From assembly GCA_002104895.1 (NCBI GenBank), contig MCFG01000167.1, forward strand, positions 1 through 64,000: a stretch of 64,000 nucleotides of DNA, given 5' to 3'. The stretch is from Anaeromyces robustus. Taxonomy: Eukaryota. The position numbers and the translations under genes were made by a program. Positions 37,661-52,726 of this stretch are shown here, piece by piece. Within the stretch, counting starts at the first letter, position 1. Each line of letters starts with the position of its first letter. The notes under the pieces were generated by a model. It did no database searches and was not told the origin of the DNA. It was given only the letters and a program-made list of their open reading frames with translations.

Positions 37661-38273
37661 AATGGTTAACTATATAAATAGATATATCGAGGAATTATAA
37701 ATAAAAAAGTACACTCTTTTATTATATTAATAAAACCTTTTTTTACATTTTTATCTTTAATAAAAAAAAATCTTTCATGTTGATAGTTTATTTTTTATTT
37801 TATAAAAGAATAAATTAAAATACATCCACATTACTAAAATTAGTGTTATATAAATTGTCACTTTAAAAATATTTATTTTTTATTTAAATAAGGATAAAAT
37901 AAAAATATTTATTTAAGGATAAGTAAATCATTACTAATTTATATATATATCATTGTATTTATTTGTTGATTTATTACATATATAGAACAATATAAAAATA
38001 TATAAAAAAAAAGTGGAAGGATAAATTTTTATTGAAAAATTAAATAGATTTAATTATAATATATAATATAATGTAATATATTATTTATAATAAACAATTT
38101 AAATTAAAGTCAATTTTTAATAAAAGAATTATTAAATTTGTATAATAAAATTTACTATTAAGGAAAAATCAAATTTCTTAGTATTGCTTCATATGAAAAA
38201 TTTTAATTAATGGTTTTAATTATTATTAAAATATATTTATATTATATTAAATATAAATTATGTTATTTAAAAG

Positions 38274-38328
<55 letters not shown>

Positions 38329-39640
38329 GCATTATAATAATATATCATATAATATATATAGTTAAACATTTATTATTTGGTTTATGTTTATTATTTTTTA
38401 TATGTTGATACAAAAGTAGAAATGTACAAGATAATTTCATACATATATTTTATTATTAAATATAAACATATTTATATAGAATACTAATATTAAATATTTA
38501 ATGATTATGATTATTATTGACTATTAAATATAATAATCGCTTAATTATTACCATTAAAAATTTTTTTTAATGGTTTTTATATTTAATGGTCTTTTTTTAT
38601 TTTTAAATTATAATATTCATAATATATAATAATAAATAATTATATGATTTATATAGCATGATTAGTTTATAATAAACAATTTAAAATATTTTTGCAATAG
38701 AAAAAATTATAATAACCTATATATTTTATATATATTGTATTGTAATACTAGCATTATATATAATATATTAATATATAATAATATTATAATATGAATATAT
38801 AATAACATCAATTCTCAATTCTTTTTTTTTTTTAATTATTTATTTAATTAAAAATAATAAATAGTAAATATAATAAATAAAATAAAAATTTATATTTTGA
38901 AATTATTATTCTTTTAATTTATTATAATATATTATTGAATATATTATAATATATAATAATTTATTTAAAGTTAAAGTTGAAAAGATCTTTTTTGTGTTTT
39001 ATTCTTTTTTCTATTTTATTAATTATTTGTACCTAATAATTAATGAATTAATAATAAATAAAAAATAATTTCATTTTTCTAATTATTACTGATATAATGG
39101 TTTTTTTTTTCTTTTTTTTATTACTATAATATCATTTATAGATAATAAATATTTATTTATATTTTTTATGACTATATGATATTTTCCTTTATATTATATA
39201 TTCCTTTTATTCAAATTTATTTAATATATAGCAAAATTTTATTTTTGTAAATTAAGCATATGAAAATTTATATTTTTTTGCTTATTTATATTCCCCTCAA
39301 TAATTATAAATATCTTATTTCCCCTCATATATTAAATATATTTTTTAATATATATTTAATATATATATTACATAGAATATTTAATAAAAAACTTAAATAT
39401 TTAAATAATAAATGAAAGTAAAGAAAAATCGATCATCTTAAAATATTATATTTTATAATATTTAATTATTTGTATTGTTAATTAAAATAATAAAATAGAA
39501 ATAGAATTATAATAAATAAATAAATAAATAAATATGTAAATAAGTAAATAAGTAAATAAGTAAATAAGTAAATAAGTAAATAAGTAAATAAGTAAATAAA
39601 TTGTTAGAGAAATAATTATTTTGATAAATTATTATTTATT

Positions 39641-40172
39641 ATGTATAAAAATGAAACAATAATATTTATTGTATGTAAAAATGGAGATGAAATAATAGTG
39701 CACCATTTAATTAATAATGATGTTGGTATATATAAAATAAAGCATTAGTAAATTATTTAATTGAACATGGAGTAATTATTGATAAAAAAGATAATTTTGA
39801 GGATAATTTATTATTTTCTTGTCTCATGATTATGAAACTAATGCCAAATGCTTAATTGAATATGATGTTAATGTAATGGAAAGAAATATAAATGGGAAAA
39901 ATTCATTAATTGTAGTTTAAGTAGAAAAAAATTTAAGCTTTGTCAACTATTTAATAGAGTATGGTACCAATATAAATCAAGGAAATTTTAATGATGAAAC
40001 ATTATAACTTGCATGTAAAAGTGAAAATATAGATAAATGTTTAATTGAACATGGAGTAGATATGGATAAAAAAAATAACAAGGGTGAAACAATATTATTT
40101 GCCGCTTGAAAAATTGAAGAAGAAATTTAGTAAATTACTTAATTGAATAAGGAGTGGAAGATGAAAATAAAA
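39641..40172 (+). pseudogene. Decayed ankyrin-repeat gene fragment
   Basis: Across frames it reads NETIIFIVCKNGDEN, LVNYLIEHGVIIDKKD, KCLIEYDVNVMERNINGKNSLIVV*, FVNYLIEYGTNINQGNFNDETL*LACKSEN, CLIEHGVDMDKKNNKGETILFAA*, LVNYLIE*GV. This is the ankyrin consensus with several stops and frameshifts. Confidence 0.88.
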
Positions 40173-42835
40173 AAACAATATCTAAAAATAATTATCTTAA
40201 TAAATCAGGAAACAAGAATAAAAATATCAATTTAAATATCGATTATCACATTTAATTAATAAAAAAAATTAAGAAAAAAAAAATAATAATCATGAATTAA
40301 TTAATTGTTATTATATAATGATTTCATTGAAATTATTGGTGCTAAATTATTGTCAATTTTTTTATACCTGAATAAAAAAAAAAGAAAAAATAAAACATTA
40401 ATAATAAGTATAATGATTTTAGTGTGTATAAAAAATAAGTTTCTTCTTAAGGTAAAAATATTAATAATAATACAAAGGAATGGAGGGTATTGAATAAATA
40501 CTAAACTAAACCATTAAAAATAGATAATGCCAATGTTGGAAAACAATTAGATAAACAAAGAAGATTAGGGGCAACTGATGAAAACTATAATTTTATTATA
40601 AAGAAAAATATATTATACTTATTATATATTTTTTGAAAATTTTTAATAATTATTATCAATAATTAGTGTTTGTCTTTTTTTTATTTTTTTTTTTTATTTC
40701 TTTATTCGATTTTAGCTGTGGATACATTATTTGTTTCCTATTAGTTATAGATTTGTTTTTTATATTATATGTAATAAATAAATATACATATAAATAATAA
40801 AAATTAAAATTATCTAATACACTGTTGTATAATAGTGCTTTTCAATGTCTTTTTTTATTAAATACATTATACCAATTTTTATTTTACAATGTATTTTTCA
40901 ATTATTTAAGACTTGAATAATAATAATAATAAAAAAGAATTTTTTATAACAGCAATAAAAACTTTTGGTTTTAATAATACATTATACATATTTTTAACTT
41001 TTTCTTTTTATATAACTAAATTATATATTATAATATATTGTATTATATATAAAACTATATATTATAATGTATTTTGTAATATATAAAACTATATTGATCA
41101 AATACTTTTTTTGTATAATATAGATCTTTGAAAAAAATTTTTTATAAAATTATTAAATTTTAGTTTTTTTTTTTGGTTCAATTCTAACCTAAAATTTTAA
41201 TCATAATTTTTATGGTTGATTGGTTTTAAGATTTGATTTATGTAGGTTGTATAACATAAAAGTATAATTTTAATTTTTTTTTGTTTTTCATGTATTATAA
41301 TTACACATACTTATAATGTTTAATTATTTATAATAATTTTTAAAATATTTATACATATAGAATAAATAATATAACAGTATTAAAAAATTGTAATATATAT
41401 AAAATAAAAACTTAGTGAAGAAAAATAAAAAAAAAAAAACAGTTTATAAAGATATATTATAATAAAACAATATTTTAATAATTATAAAATTTTATTATTT
41501 GGTTAATATAGTATATATTAATACAATATATTAAAGTATAATACATATATACTTGTGTTGATAACTAAATAATATATATAAATCAATTAATAAATGAATA
41601 GAACATAAATAAATAAAATGTATTTATTATATTAATTATTATAATTATATATTAATATAATTAAATAAATAATTTTAATATATATCCATAATTAAATTTT
41701 ATTTTAATATAAAATTTTTATATTTAATATATTAAAGAAAAAAAAAAAAGATTATATATATATATAATAATTTTTTATATTCACTTTTTTTTTCACCTTT
41801 ATCAATTTGTCATTTTAATCATAGTTTTTTTTTATATCTGTTAACTAATTAACAGTTTAAAAAAAAATAAATAAAAGAACAACTTAAAAACAAAATAAAA
41901 TACATAAAACAGAAAAAATTTCCTTTCGAAAAAAAAAAAGAATTTTGTTTTTTCTTTTTTTTGAAAAATTTATTATTAATATTAATTAATTTTATAAACT
42001 CTAAAGATCTCCACAGAAAGACATAATTTATGCTTTGTAATTATTATTGTTTTTTTTTTTGAATTTAGATAAATTTACATATTTTAATATAATATGAAAT
42101 GATATAGATTATAAATAAAAAAATAATACATTGAACTAATTTATATATATGTATAATATTTTTAATATTATATTATTAATTATTTTTATTATTTATTATT
42201 TATATATCAATGTTATTATCAATAATATTATCAATATTTTATAAATTATTTTGGATTTATCTATTATACGATTTTTTAAATTAATTTATAAAATAAAATA
42301 ATAGTTGCTTTAAGTGAATAAAATTAAATTAATATTTGAATAATAATATAATATTAAGGAAGAGAAGAATAAAATAAACATATCTAATATAATAAATAAT
42401 AAATTGATATTATTATTTATTAAGTTTTAAACAAAAATTGTTATATATAATATAATATAATATTAATTAATACTTTGTTATATATTATTAAAACCTTTTT
42501 TTTTTGATAATAATATTACTAAAAAGAAAGGTAAAAATATATATAATAAAAAAAAATAAAAATCTTGTGGATAAAATTTATAAATTGTAAGTATATTTAT
42601 TTTTTGTAAGTTTTTTTGAAAAAAAATTTTTTTATTTATATTATAAAAATATTGTATTAATTTTAAAAATAAAGTTCAATATATGCAAAAAATAGAAAAA
42701 AATATTATTTTTTTTAAATAATTATAAAAAATAGTTAATAACACCAGTTTTTAAATATAATTCGAAATATATTTAATATACTTAATAATCAAATATATTT
42801 TTTTGTATTATAAAATTTTGTATTTAGTAACAATT

Positions 42836-42869
<34 letters not shown>

Positions 42870-42967
42870 TAAATGATAATAATAATAATAGAAAAAAAGT
42901 CATATAAAAACAATAAAAAAAAACATTTATAATACTTATATATTCAAAATATGATATTAATAAAGAT

Positions 42968-43174
42968 TAGATTTATTAATATATATTAAACCGCTTTTTT
43001 AAATCATTTAGCATATGAAAAGATAAAAAATTTATTATAAAATATTTTTACAATAGACTAAAATATTGTAGATTTATTAATATATTTTAAACAGATTTTT
43101 TAAAACTTCATTTAACATATGAAAAGATAAAAAAAATTTATTATAAAATATTTTTACAATATACTAAAATATTG
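42968..43174. repeat. Diverged ~100-bp tandem duplication
   Basis: tagatttattaatatat...catatgaaaagataaaaaa...tttattataaaatatttttacaata.actaaaatattg occurs twice. Confidence 0.85.
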
Positions 43175-43444
43175 AAGATAATTAATAATAATTTTTTAGC
43201 CTATTGTTGGGTGTTACATAATATTTCCTCTAATTATTAAATATAGAATCATTAAGAAAAAAAGAATAATTCAAATTGATATATTAATAAATTAAAAATT
43301 TTATATAAATCATACTATATTACAATATAATATAATATATTATAAATTATATTAGAATATAATAAATATAATAAATCTTCTCCATTTAATCAATATATTA
43401 AAATCTTTGATTATTGAAATAATTAATAAAAAAAGTAATATTAA

Positions 43445-43476
<32 letters not shown>

Positions 43477-44616
43477 TAAAATAACAATAATATATAATTA
43501 TTATATATAAATAATATAAATAGCAAGTAAATATAGTAAATAATATATAAGAAAAAATTATTTAAAGAAAATAATACTTTTTATATTCTTTTCTTTATGT
43601 ATATATTCTTTAAATTTTTATATTTTTATATAATAAAAGAGATTAAAAATTAATAATACTTAATTATTATTAATATAGAAAAAAAAGTTGACAATCAATA
43701 AAAGTAAATAAAAAATATATAGATAATTATATATTTTTTATTAAATGTCTGTCAAAAATATTTTCATCTTTTAATTAAATAAGATATAAAATAATAACAA
43801 ACTTTTTAATAGAAATAAAAAGTTTGTGGATACAATAAGAAAAAACATAATATTAAATAATTAGAAAACATTGTTAAAATAAAAAAGCATCATTACGATT
43901 TGAAAACTTAAAAAGATAAAATTTTGATATAATTGAGAAACAGTACTTGTATTTAATTAATAAAATAGAATCTAGTAAAAAGAAAAGAAAGAGAAGAATA
44001 GTAATATTAATTTTGTTTTATTTAAATTATATAATTTCTTTCTAAATATTCTATCATTTTATTGAATATCGAATATAAAATAAAATATATTAATAAATAA
44101 CTTGATTAAAAGAATATAAAAGTTTTTATTATAATTATATTATTTTAAAAATGGAATTTTTTTTTATTACAATATTTGGAACTTAAAAATAAATACAATA
44201 TTTTAATAAGGAATTCATTTTCTATAATGATACATTATTTTTTTTTCATAGTCGAAACTAACTAATATTTTTAATTTATAATTATTTATATTTTCATATA
44301 GTTTTTTTTTTCAAAAAAAAAAAAAAGTTTCTTAAAGTAAGTTGTATTATTCTTATATTTGTAATTAATATTTTTCAAATTATTTTTTTAAAAATAATAT
44401 TTTTCATTTAATATTTTATAAAAATTCATTTTTAATAATTATAAATTATATTTACTAAAATGTACTTTATAATATTTTAATAGATTCTTTATAATATAAT
44501 ATTTGATATATAGAGATACTTAATAGAATTCCTGTTTTTTACAAATAAATATTGATAGTATATTATTTATTAAATAAATATTAGTAAATAAATAACATAA
44601 ATTTATTCTTTTCACA

Positions 44617-45687
44617 ATGGAAAAAACAACTAACGATAAAAGTGAAGTTAAAGAAGAAAAAGGTTCTTTTTTTTCAAATTTATTTAAAAGTCGTCCAAAT
44701 TTAGAATATGAACTTTACAAAAAAAAGAAAACTATTGGAAGAACATTACCAAACAATGTTGGTATGTATATATAAAATTATAGGTTTTGAATATGAAATT
44801 TTGTATATGCATATATATAAATATTATATAAAAATAAATGATAATATAATAATTAGTATATATTAAATATAAACGTATTACAAATAAATAAATTAAATAG
44901 AATTCGAAGTTCCATATACCACCGATGTTATGAATCATCTTTTTGATATTACTAAAATATTTAGTCATTCTATTTTTGAATACGCTACTCTTTTCGTCTT
45001 TTTCATTCAAGTTTTCCTCTTTTTCTGTACTAATGTTAGTGGAACATTCTTTATGTATACTAGTATAATTTGGCGTTTATTATATAATGGTGGTATTGGT
45101 TATCTTTTAAAGATTCAAAGTGATAGATATGGTGTTGTTAAATTTATGAAAAAGCATATTTTCAACCATGTTAAAGGAAAAGAACATCAAGATGAAGAAA
45201 AATTTATTGTCCGTTTAATACGTCAACAATTTAATAGAAAAATGAGTGATGACTATGATTTTGATGTAAATTTTTATTTATTTATTTTATTATTGTTATT
45301 GTTTATTTTTATTTTAAATATGTTATTATAAATCTTTAAAAAAATATATATATATATATATTTTTAAGTAAATTAATTTGTTAATTAAAATTATTAATTT
45401 TTATTTTCATTTAATTACATAACTAATACAGAAAGTTCCTGTTGAATACAATTGCTGGATTTTATTCCGTTGTATTGAAGATTTCATTTTAGTTAATGAT
45501 TTAACTTCTTACTGTTGTTTCAGTTTCCGTTATTTAATTATTCCAGAACATCTTGCTGTAACTGATATTCTTCGTTATGTCGGTGCTTTCCTTTTAATCT
45601 CATTTAATATTTGGGTTAAACAAGATGCTCATCGTGTTGTTAAAGATTTTGCTTGGTGTATGTATTGTTTTTTTATATATAATTAAA

Positions 45688-45735
<48 letters not shown>

Positions 45736-46473
45736 ATTTATTATTTTTTTTCATAAGATTTTAGATAATGATTATAAGTTTAGGAAATTTTAATTATTTA
45801 TTATTTGTTATTATAGTAGAAAATTATTTTTATTAATGAATTACATTAATTATTAAATATAAATATATATTTTATAACAATTTTTATTAAAATTGTAATC
45901 ATTATATCATTATTATATATGTATAAATATAAATAGACTGGGGTGATTTCTTCTTCCTTGTCGATTCTAATCTTACTTTCGATGGTGTATTCGAAATTGT
46001 TCCACATCCAATGTATTCTGTTGGTTATATTGGTTATTATGGTTCAGCTTTAATGACAAAGAGTTATTTAGTATTATTTATATCATTACTTATTCATGCT
46101 TCTCAACTTGCTTTCCTTGTCTTTGTTGAAAATCCACATATTCAAAAAGTTTATGGTTCTAGTAATCCACAACGTCCATCTGGTATTGAACTTGAAAAAC
46201 TTCGTAAATACTTTAACAAGGATGCCATTGGTTTCTTCCGTCTTGATATTTACAAGAGTAGTGATATACTTTCTCTTGTCATTTGTATCATTACTGTTGT
46301 ATATACCTTTGCTATCGATAAATCAAGTAAAATGCCTATTATGTAAGTTTTATATATATATATATAATTATTAATTTTTTTTCTTTTATTATTAATATAA
46401 AATGCTTGATTAATTTTAATTAAAACAAATTTAATTATAACAATTTCAAATATATTAAACAAATATTAATATA

Positions 46474-46531
<58 letters not shown>

Positions 46532-46839
46532 GTTATTATATAAAATGAAATATAATAGTATGTGTTGGATTTGGAGACTTTCATCTTCCTTAGGTGTTGG
46601 TATTATTCTTTACTTCCAAAGTAATTTCAATTCATGGAATAAGCATTATATTAAAAATGGTCAATCTATACGTGAAGCTTTCCAACAATGGAAAAAGTAA
46701 TTATAATAAATATATATTATTTATATTTATATTTATATTTATATTTTTTATAACAATTTTTTTATTTATTATTTTTTTTAATAAATAAAAATTGTTAATT
46801 AATAAATAATTAATTAAATTAATTAATGAACTAATAATT

Positions 46840-46870
<31 letters not shown>

Positions 46871-49800
46871 TATTTATTATTTATTTTTTTCTTATTAATA
46901 AATATTTATTATTAAAATTGAATTTATATATATAATCTTTTCCATATACCATTTCAAAAAAAAATTTAAATGAATTTATAATCATTATTAGCATTTACAA
47001 TTTCTTAACATGTATTACTTTCGTATCCTTCATTGCTTACGCTATCAGAAATTACACATTACCTGATCAATGGACATATGGTACTGTTTTATTAAGACAC
47101 ACCGTTGGATTTGTAAGTATTTTAAAATTTAAATAATATAATGAATATTATTAGCCTTACATATATTTTAAAAAAAAATTAATAATATTACTTTTTATAA
47201 ATATTTTTTTTCTTTCTAATCATATAATCATATATTATATATATTAAATATATTCATATTATATATTTATAATTTATAATCTTTTATAATGAATAATTAA
47301 AACTTTTTTTTATATATCCATATTAAAACATTTATATTTATATATATGTATATATTTTAAATTTTATTTATTTATTTATTCTCTTTAGTTATTAATTATT
47401 TTACATATTTACACTGCTACTGAAATGTATGAAGTTCTTGGAGATTATGGTTGGTTCTATGGTGATTTCTTTATTAAAGAATTAATTTCATCTGAAAGAT
47501 TAGCTTATACTGGTATTTATCGTTTCCTTAATAACCCAGAAAAGTTCATGGGTCAAGCTGCTTTCTATGGTATTGCTTTAATTACTAATTCATGGCCATT
47601 AGCTTTCTGTACTTTAGCTGGTCATATATTTATTTTAATATTATTAGAGTTTGTTGAAAAACCACATATGAACAGAATTTATGGTAATGGTCTTGTTAGA
47701 AAGAAGAGTGGTGCTGAAAGTGGTATTATGAAAGAAGTTAGTAAGTTTATGAGTAGAGATGCTAGAATTAAAAATATTTATGATACTGTTCAACGTGATA
47801 TTAAAGAACTTGGATTAAAACGTGTTGTTTCTAATAAGAGTTTAAAACGTGCTGTTAATAAATGGGCTAATTCATTAAATGATCCAGATACCGTTTCTCC
47901 AACTACTGATGAAGAAGATAGTGATGGAATTGTTCTTGTTGCAAGCTCTAGAAGTAATAATAATAATAATCCAAATTTAAAAAGACGTGGTTCCTTTAGT
48001 AATTCTGCTACAAAGTTTCTTGAAAAAACTAAAGAAGTCGTTGATGATACAACTGAAAAAGTTTTACAACAATTTACTAAATCGTAAATATAATTTAAAA
48101 AATTATTTTATTATTATTATTATTATTATTATTTTACATATTTTACATATTTTAAAATTTTATAATTATAAATCAGTAATAGAATAAAATAATAATTATA
48201 ATTAAAATAATTATTTTCATTAATATTAATATTTTATATATATATTTTTTTTATATTTTATATTAATTTTATTATATATATATATTTTTTTATATTTTAT
48301 ATTAATTTTATTATATATATATATATATATAATATAAACTCAAATACAAATACAAATAATTACAAACAATTATGAACAACTATAAATAACTTTTAATAAT
48401 TATAAATAAATATAAATTAATACAAACAAATAAAAATATAAAAATACAAATAAATATCAATAAATACAAATAAATACAAATAAATACAAATAAATATGAT
48501 TTAATACAAATAAATATAAATAAATGCAAACAAATATAAAATACAAACAAATATAAATAAATGCAAACAAATATAAAATACAAACAAATATAAATAAATG
48601 CAAACAAATATAAAATACAAACAAATATAAATAAATGCAAACAAATATAAAATACAAACAAATATAAATAAATGCAAACAAATATAAAATACAAACAAAT
48701 ATAAATAAATGCAAACAAATATAAAATACAAACAAATATAAATAAATGCAAACAAATATAAAATACAAACAAATATAAATAAATGCAAACAAATATAAAA
48801 TATAAACAAATATAAATAAATGCAAACAAATATAAAATACAAACAAATATAAATATACATATTTTATTTATATGTAATAATAACTTATTATTAGTATTGA
48901 CAGTAATAATCCAAATAAACAATCAGAATCTCCAGATAGTCTTCCTATAAATGAATTTTATCAAGTTGATGTTTCTAATGTTTCAAAATTAGATAAAGTT
49001 GAACATAAAAATCATAATGAATTAGAAGGTAAAATATTTGAATTAGGTTCACCAATACGAATTCAATGGTCTGCACCAAAAAGTAGTATTACACCATTTG
49101 ATTGGATAGGTATTTACCGTGTAACTCAAAATAAAAAACGTTCTGTTACTACTAAAAGTTGTAAGGGTAGATGGTTATATAATTTAACTGGTAAGGGTAA
49201 GAATGATGATGAATCTAATGATGAAGATAAGAAGGAATCATGGACTGATGAAGAACGTGAAGAATTTTTGAAGAATTCTAAATTTATAACCAGTATTAAG
49301 AAGAACGAAAAGGGTGAAGAAATTGTTAATGGTGAAGTAATATTTGAAAATGATTTAATTCCATGGGAATTAGGTTCCTATGAAGTTCGTTATCACTATA
49401 AGGATGGATATAATGTATTATCTGTTAGTCAACCATTTGAAATTATAGGTAATTATTATATTTTTCATTATTATTATCATTATTATTATTATTATTATAA
49501 TATGATTCTTTTTATTATGTATAAATATATGAATTACTATATTTAATCATCATTATCATAATAATATTATTAATTTTTTTTTTCATATTATATATTTATA
49601 ATTAATTTTTATTATTATTACAATAATTATTATAATTTAATTTATCGAAAAAATTAGCAAATTACTATGAAATTAAAAAGGGACTTACTGAAGAAGAAAA
49701 TATTAAAGATATTGCCAATTATTTATTACCAATAGTGAAGAATTGTTTATATATGAAGGAAAATGAAACTTTAGGATTAGATGAAGATTTTATAGCTACT

Positions 49801-50146
49801 AAAGGATGGCCAAATCGTGTAGGTACTGGTGGTGTTGCCACTGATGCTGAAAAACAAAAGAATTCATTTAGTAAAAGATTATTCTATTCTATAAAAATGA
49901 TCTTTGGTATTGAATTTTCTAAAAAATTAATTGATTATTATTCCACTGTTCAATCATTAGCTACTCAAGTAAGCATTTATATATTTTTTAAATATTTAAT
50001 AAATAATTTTTTAATTCGCATATAAAATTATATTTATTTTTTATATTTAAAATGAATAATATAATATTAATATATTAATATATTATATTTATTAATTATA
50101 ATAATAGATTAATCGTGCACAAGTTGTTCTTTCACCTGAATATTAA
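44617..50146 (+). CDS. CHO2: Phosphatidylethanolamine N-methyltransferase, 10 exons
   Basis: Exons ~44617-44761, 44901-45265, 45432-45657, 45937-46342, 46559-46696, 46992-47112, 47389-48083, 48904-49449, 49658-49968, 50108-50146. Motifs [86 protein letters not shown] give the duplicated PEMT domains typical of fungal Cho2. Confidence 0.95.
48512..48855. repeat. 37-bp minisatellite, ~9 copies, in CHO2 intron 7
   Basis: Unit aaatataaataaatgcaaacaaatataaaatacaaac; gcaaac recurs at 48526, 48563, 48600 ... 48822. Confidence 0.95.
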
Positions 50147-50175
50147 ATTAATATAATACATATTTAAATTAATTA

Positions 50176-50209
<34 letters not shown>

Positions 50210-51075
50210 AGAAAAAAAAAAAAAGAAAAAAATAATCATTAAAAAAATATAAAAAATTTAAAATATATAAAAATATATAAACTTAAAAAAAAAAAAAAAA
50301 AAAACTATAAATATTTATATAAATTTATAAATGTAATTAACAGAATAACTAATAATTATGATTATAAAAAAAAAACATACACACACAACATAAAAATAAT
50401 AATAATAATAATAGTAATAAGAATTAATCAAAAAAAAAAAAAAAAAAAAAAAAATTTTTTTTATTTTTAATGTAATAAATAATTAAAAAAATATATTTTT
50501 TTTTATGTTTATTATGTATAATTTAGCTTATTATTTACCTTTATTTATTTACATGTAATTCAGTGTTTTAATTTTTATTATTGTTTCAATTTTTATTTAT
50601 ATAATAGTTTTTTTTTAATTTTTTTTTCGGAATAATTAATATGTAATATATTATTTAAAAATTTTAGATAAAGAATTCTTCCTTAATTACTTTTTTTTTA
50701 TATTTTTTTTTATTTTATTTTATTTTTATTTTTTTTTTTTCAAATTTTCTTTATTACTTTTTTTTTTATATTTTTTTTTTATTTTATTTTATTTTTTTTT
50801 TTTAAATTTTTTTTTTTTAAATTCTCTTTATTATTTATTATTTTTTTATTACTTTTATTAAAATTACTCTTTATACTTTTATAAATAATATTTGTTTTTT
50901 GAATGTTTAAAAAGTAATTTATTTAATGAATTGTAAGTTAATATTTATATAATAAAAGTATAATAATTTATATAAATTAATATACTTTTATTATTATAAA
51001 TATTAAGATATAAAAAACATAAAACATATTTACCTGTATTTTTATTTATCCAATTTTATTTATCCAATTTTATTT

Positions 51076-51109
<34 letters not shown>

Positions 51110-51196
51110 TATATATAATTAAACTAATATTATTATTAAATCATTCTATAAAAAATTCTAAAAAAAATTCTATCCAATCAATTTTAATATATTTAT

Positions 51197-51300
51197 ATTA
51201 AAATTTATATTAAAAATTAGCAATTTTAATTTTTACATTGCTACCATTAATTTGAACATATAAAAAATAAAAATTGCTAATTTTTAATATAAATTTTAAT
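51197..51300. repeat. 104-bp inverted-repeat element (31-bp perfect arms), MITE-like
   Basis: attaaaatttatattaaaaattagcaatttt (51197-51227) is the exact reverse complement of 51270-51300; no clear TSD. Confidence 0.8.
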
Positions 51301-52726
51301 TGTAATTTCAATTACAATACTTATTTTGACAATTATCTTCGGATTAAAAAATTATCTAATTTAGAAATCATAATTACCAGGAAACTAAAATTGAAATCAA
51401 TGAAGTTAGATATTGTTAATCAAAAAATAAGATCATTATTGTATAAATAAATAAAATAGAAAAATTTAAAATGAAACTCCTGAATTTTTCATATAAAATT
51501 TATAAATTTTTAGATTATTTATTCATTTCATCATTTCATTTCATTTTATATTGTATTATATTATTTTTATTTTATTTTTATTTTTATTTTTATTATTATA
51601 TTTTAATTTTAATTTTATTTTATTTTTAATTTTTAATTTTTATTGCTAATTATTGTTACTGTTTAAAAAGAAAAAAAAAACATTCAATATATTTAAAAAA
51701 AAAACATATTCATATATTTAAAATTCAATAATAAAAAGAATAATAATAATAATAATCTAAATACAATGTAATTAATTATTATCCAACTTTTTTTTTTTTT
51801 TTTTAAAAAAAAATATTCTATAGTGATAAAATAAAATAAAATATTGATGATATTAAAATTTTTTACATCTTAATATTTAATATATTAAATTCCATGATTA
51901 CTTATCATTTATTATTATTATTATATATTCTTTTATATAATAAAGGATAAGTAATTATGAAATAATTATTTTTTCAATTTCTAATTATTCCTATTTTTTT
52001 TTTATATATTTTTATAGTGTTAAGAAAAATTAATTAATGTAAAAAATCCGTTTCTATTGTTTTTAAATATAAATAAAATATATTCTATTAATATTATTAT
52101 ATATTATTATAATATATATAATAATATATTATAATAATAAATAAATTAAAATTAATCATCATTACGAATTTAAAGTTTTTTAAGTTTGATTGTAAATTGT
52201 GTAACCATAATGATGAATATTTTTGTTAATTTCTTTTTTCTCTTACATCTTATTTTTTATTTCTATATTATAATATTTAATAAAAAAAAAATTTTTTTAT
52301 ATTAAAAACGTTTTTTATTAAAAACATTTTAATGAAAAAAGCATTTTTTAATTTAATTTTATAAATAAGAATGAATTATAAAATTACTTTTTTCAAAAAT
52401 AAATGAAAAAAAAAAGTATAAATATAAGAAATTTTTCCTTTTTTTTTTTATTTATTTTATTCTTCACAAATCAAATCAATAAAAATAAAATATATTTAAT
52501 TTAAAAAAAAAAAACTTTTTCTTTTATATATTTAATATTATTAAAGAAAAATTTTTTTAAGGAAAAGAAAAGAGAAAAAAAAAAATAAACATAAACATAA
52601 TTAACTATAAAATAAAGAAACCTACAACGACATATTTAAAAAAATATCATAGAATAAATTAATTATTAATTTTTTATTTTATTTATAAATCAATCAATCA
52701 ATCAAATTAAGACAAAATAAGACAAA

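Noticed and set aside
43800..44005. Coding-like purine-rich stretch, possibly a transposase relic
   Set aside because: Multiple stops, no DDE motif or TIRs identifiable.
48380..48922. Three overlapping minus-strand hydrophobic ORFs
   Set aside because: Stop-free translations of the intronic 37-bp minisatellite.
51320..51490. Coding-like fragment (RIKKLSNLEII...)
   Set aside because: Too short, with no consistent frame or splice support.
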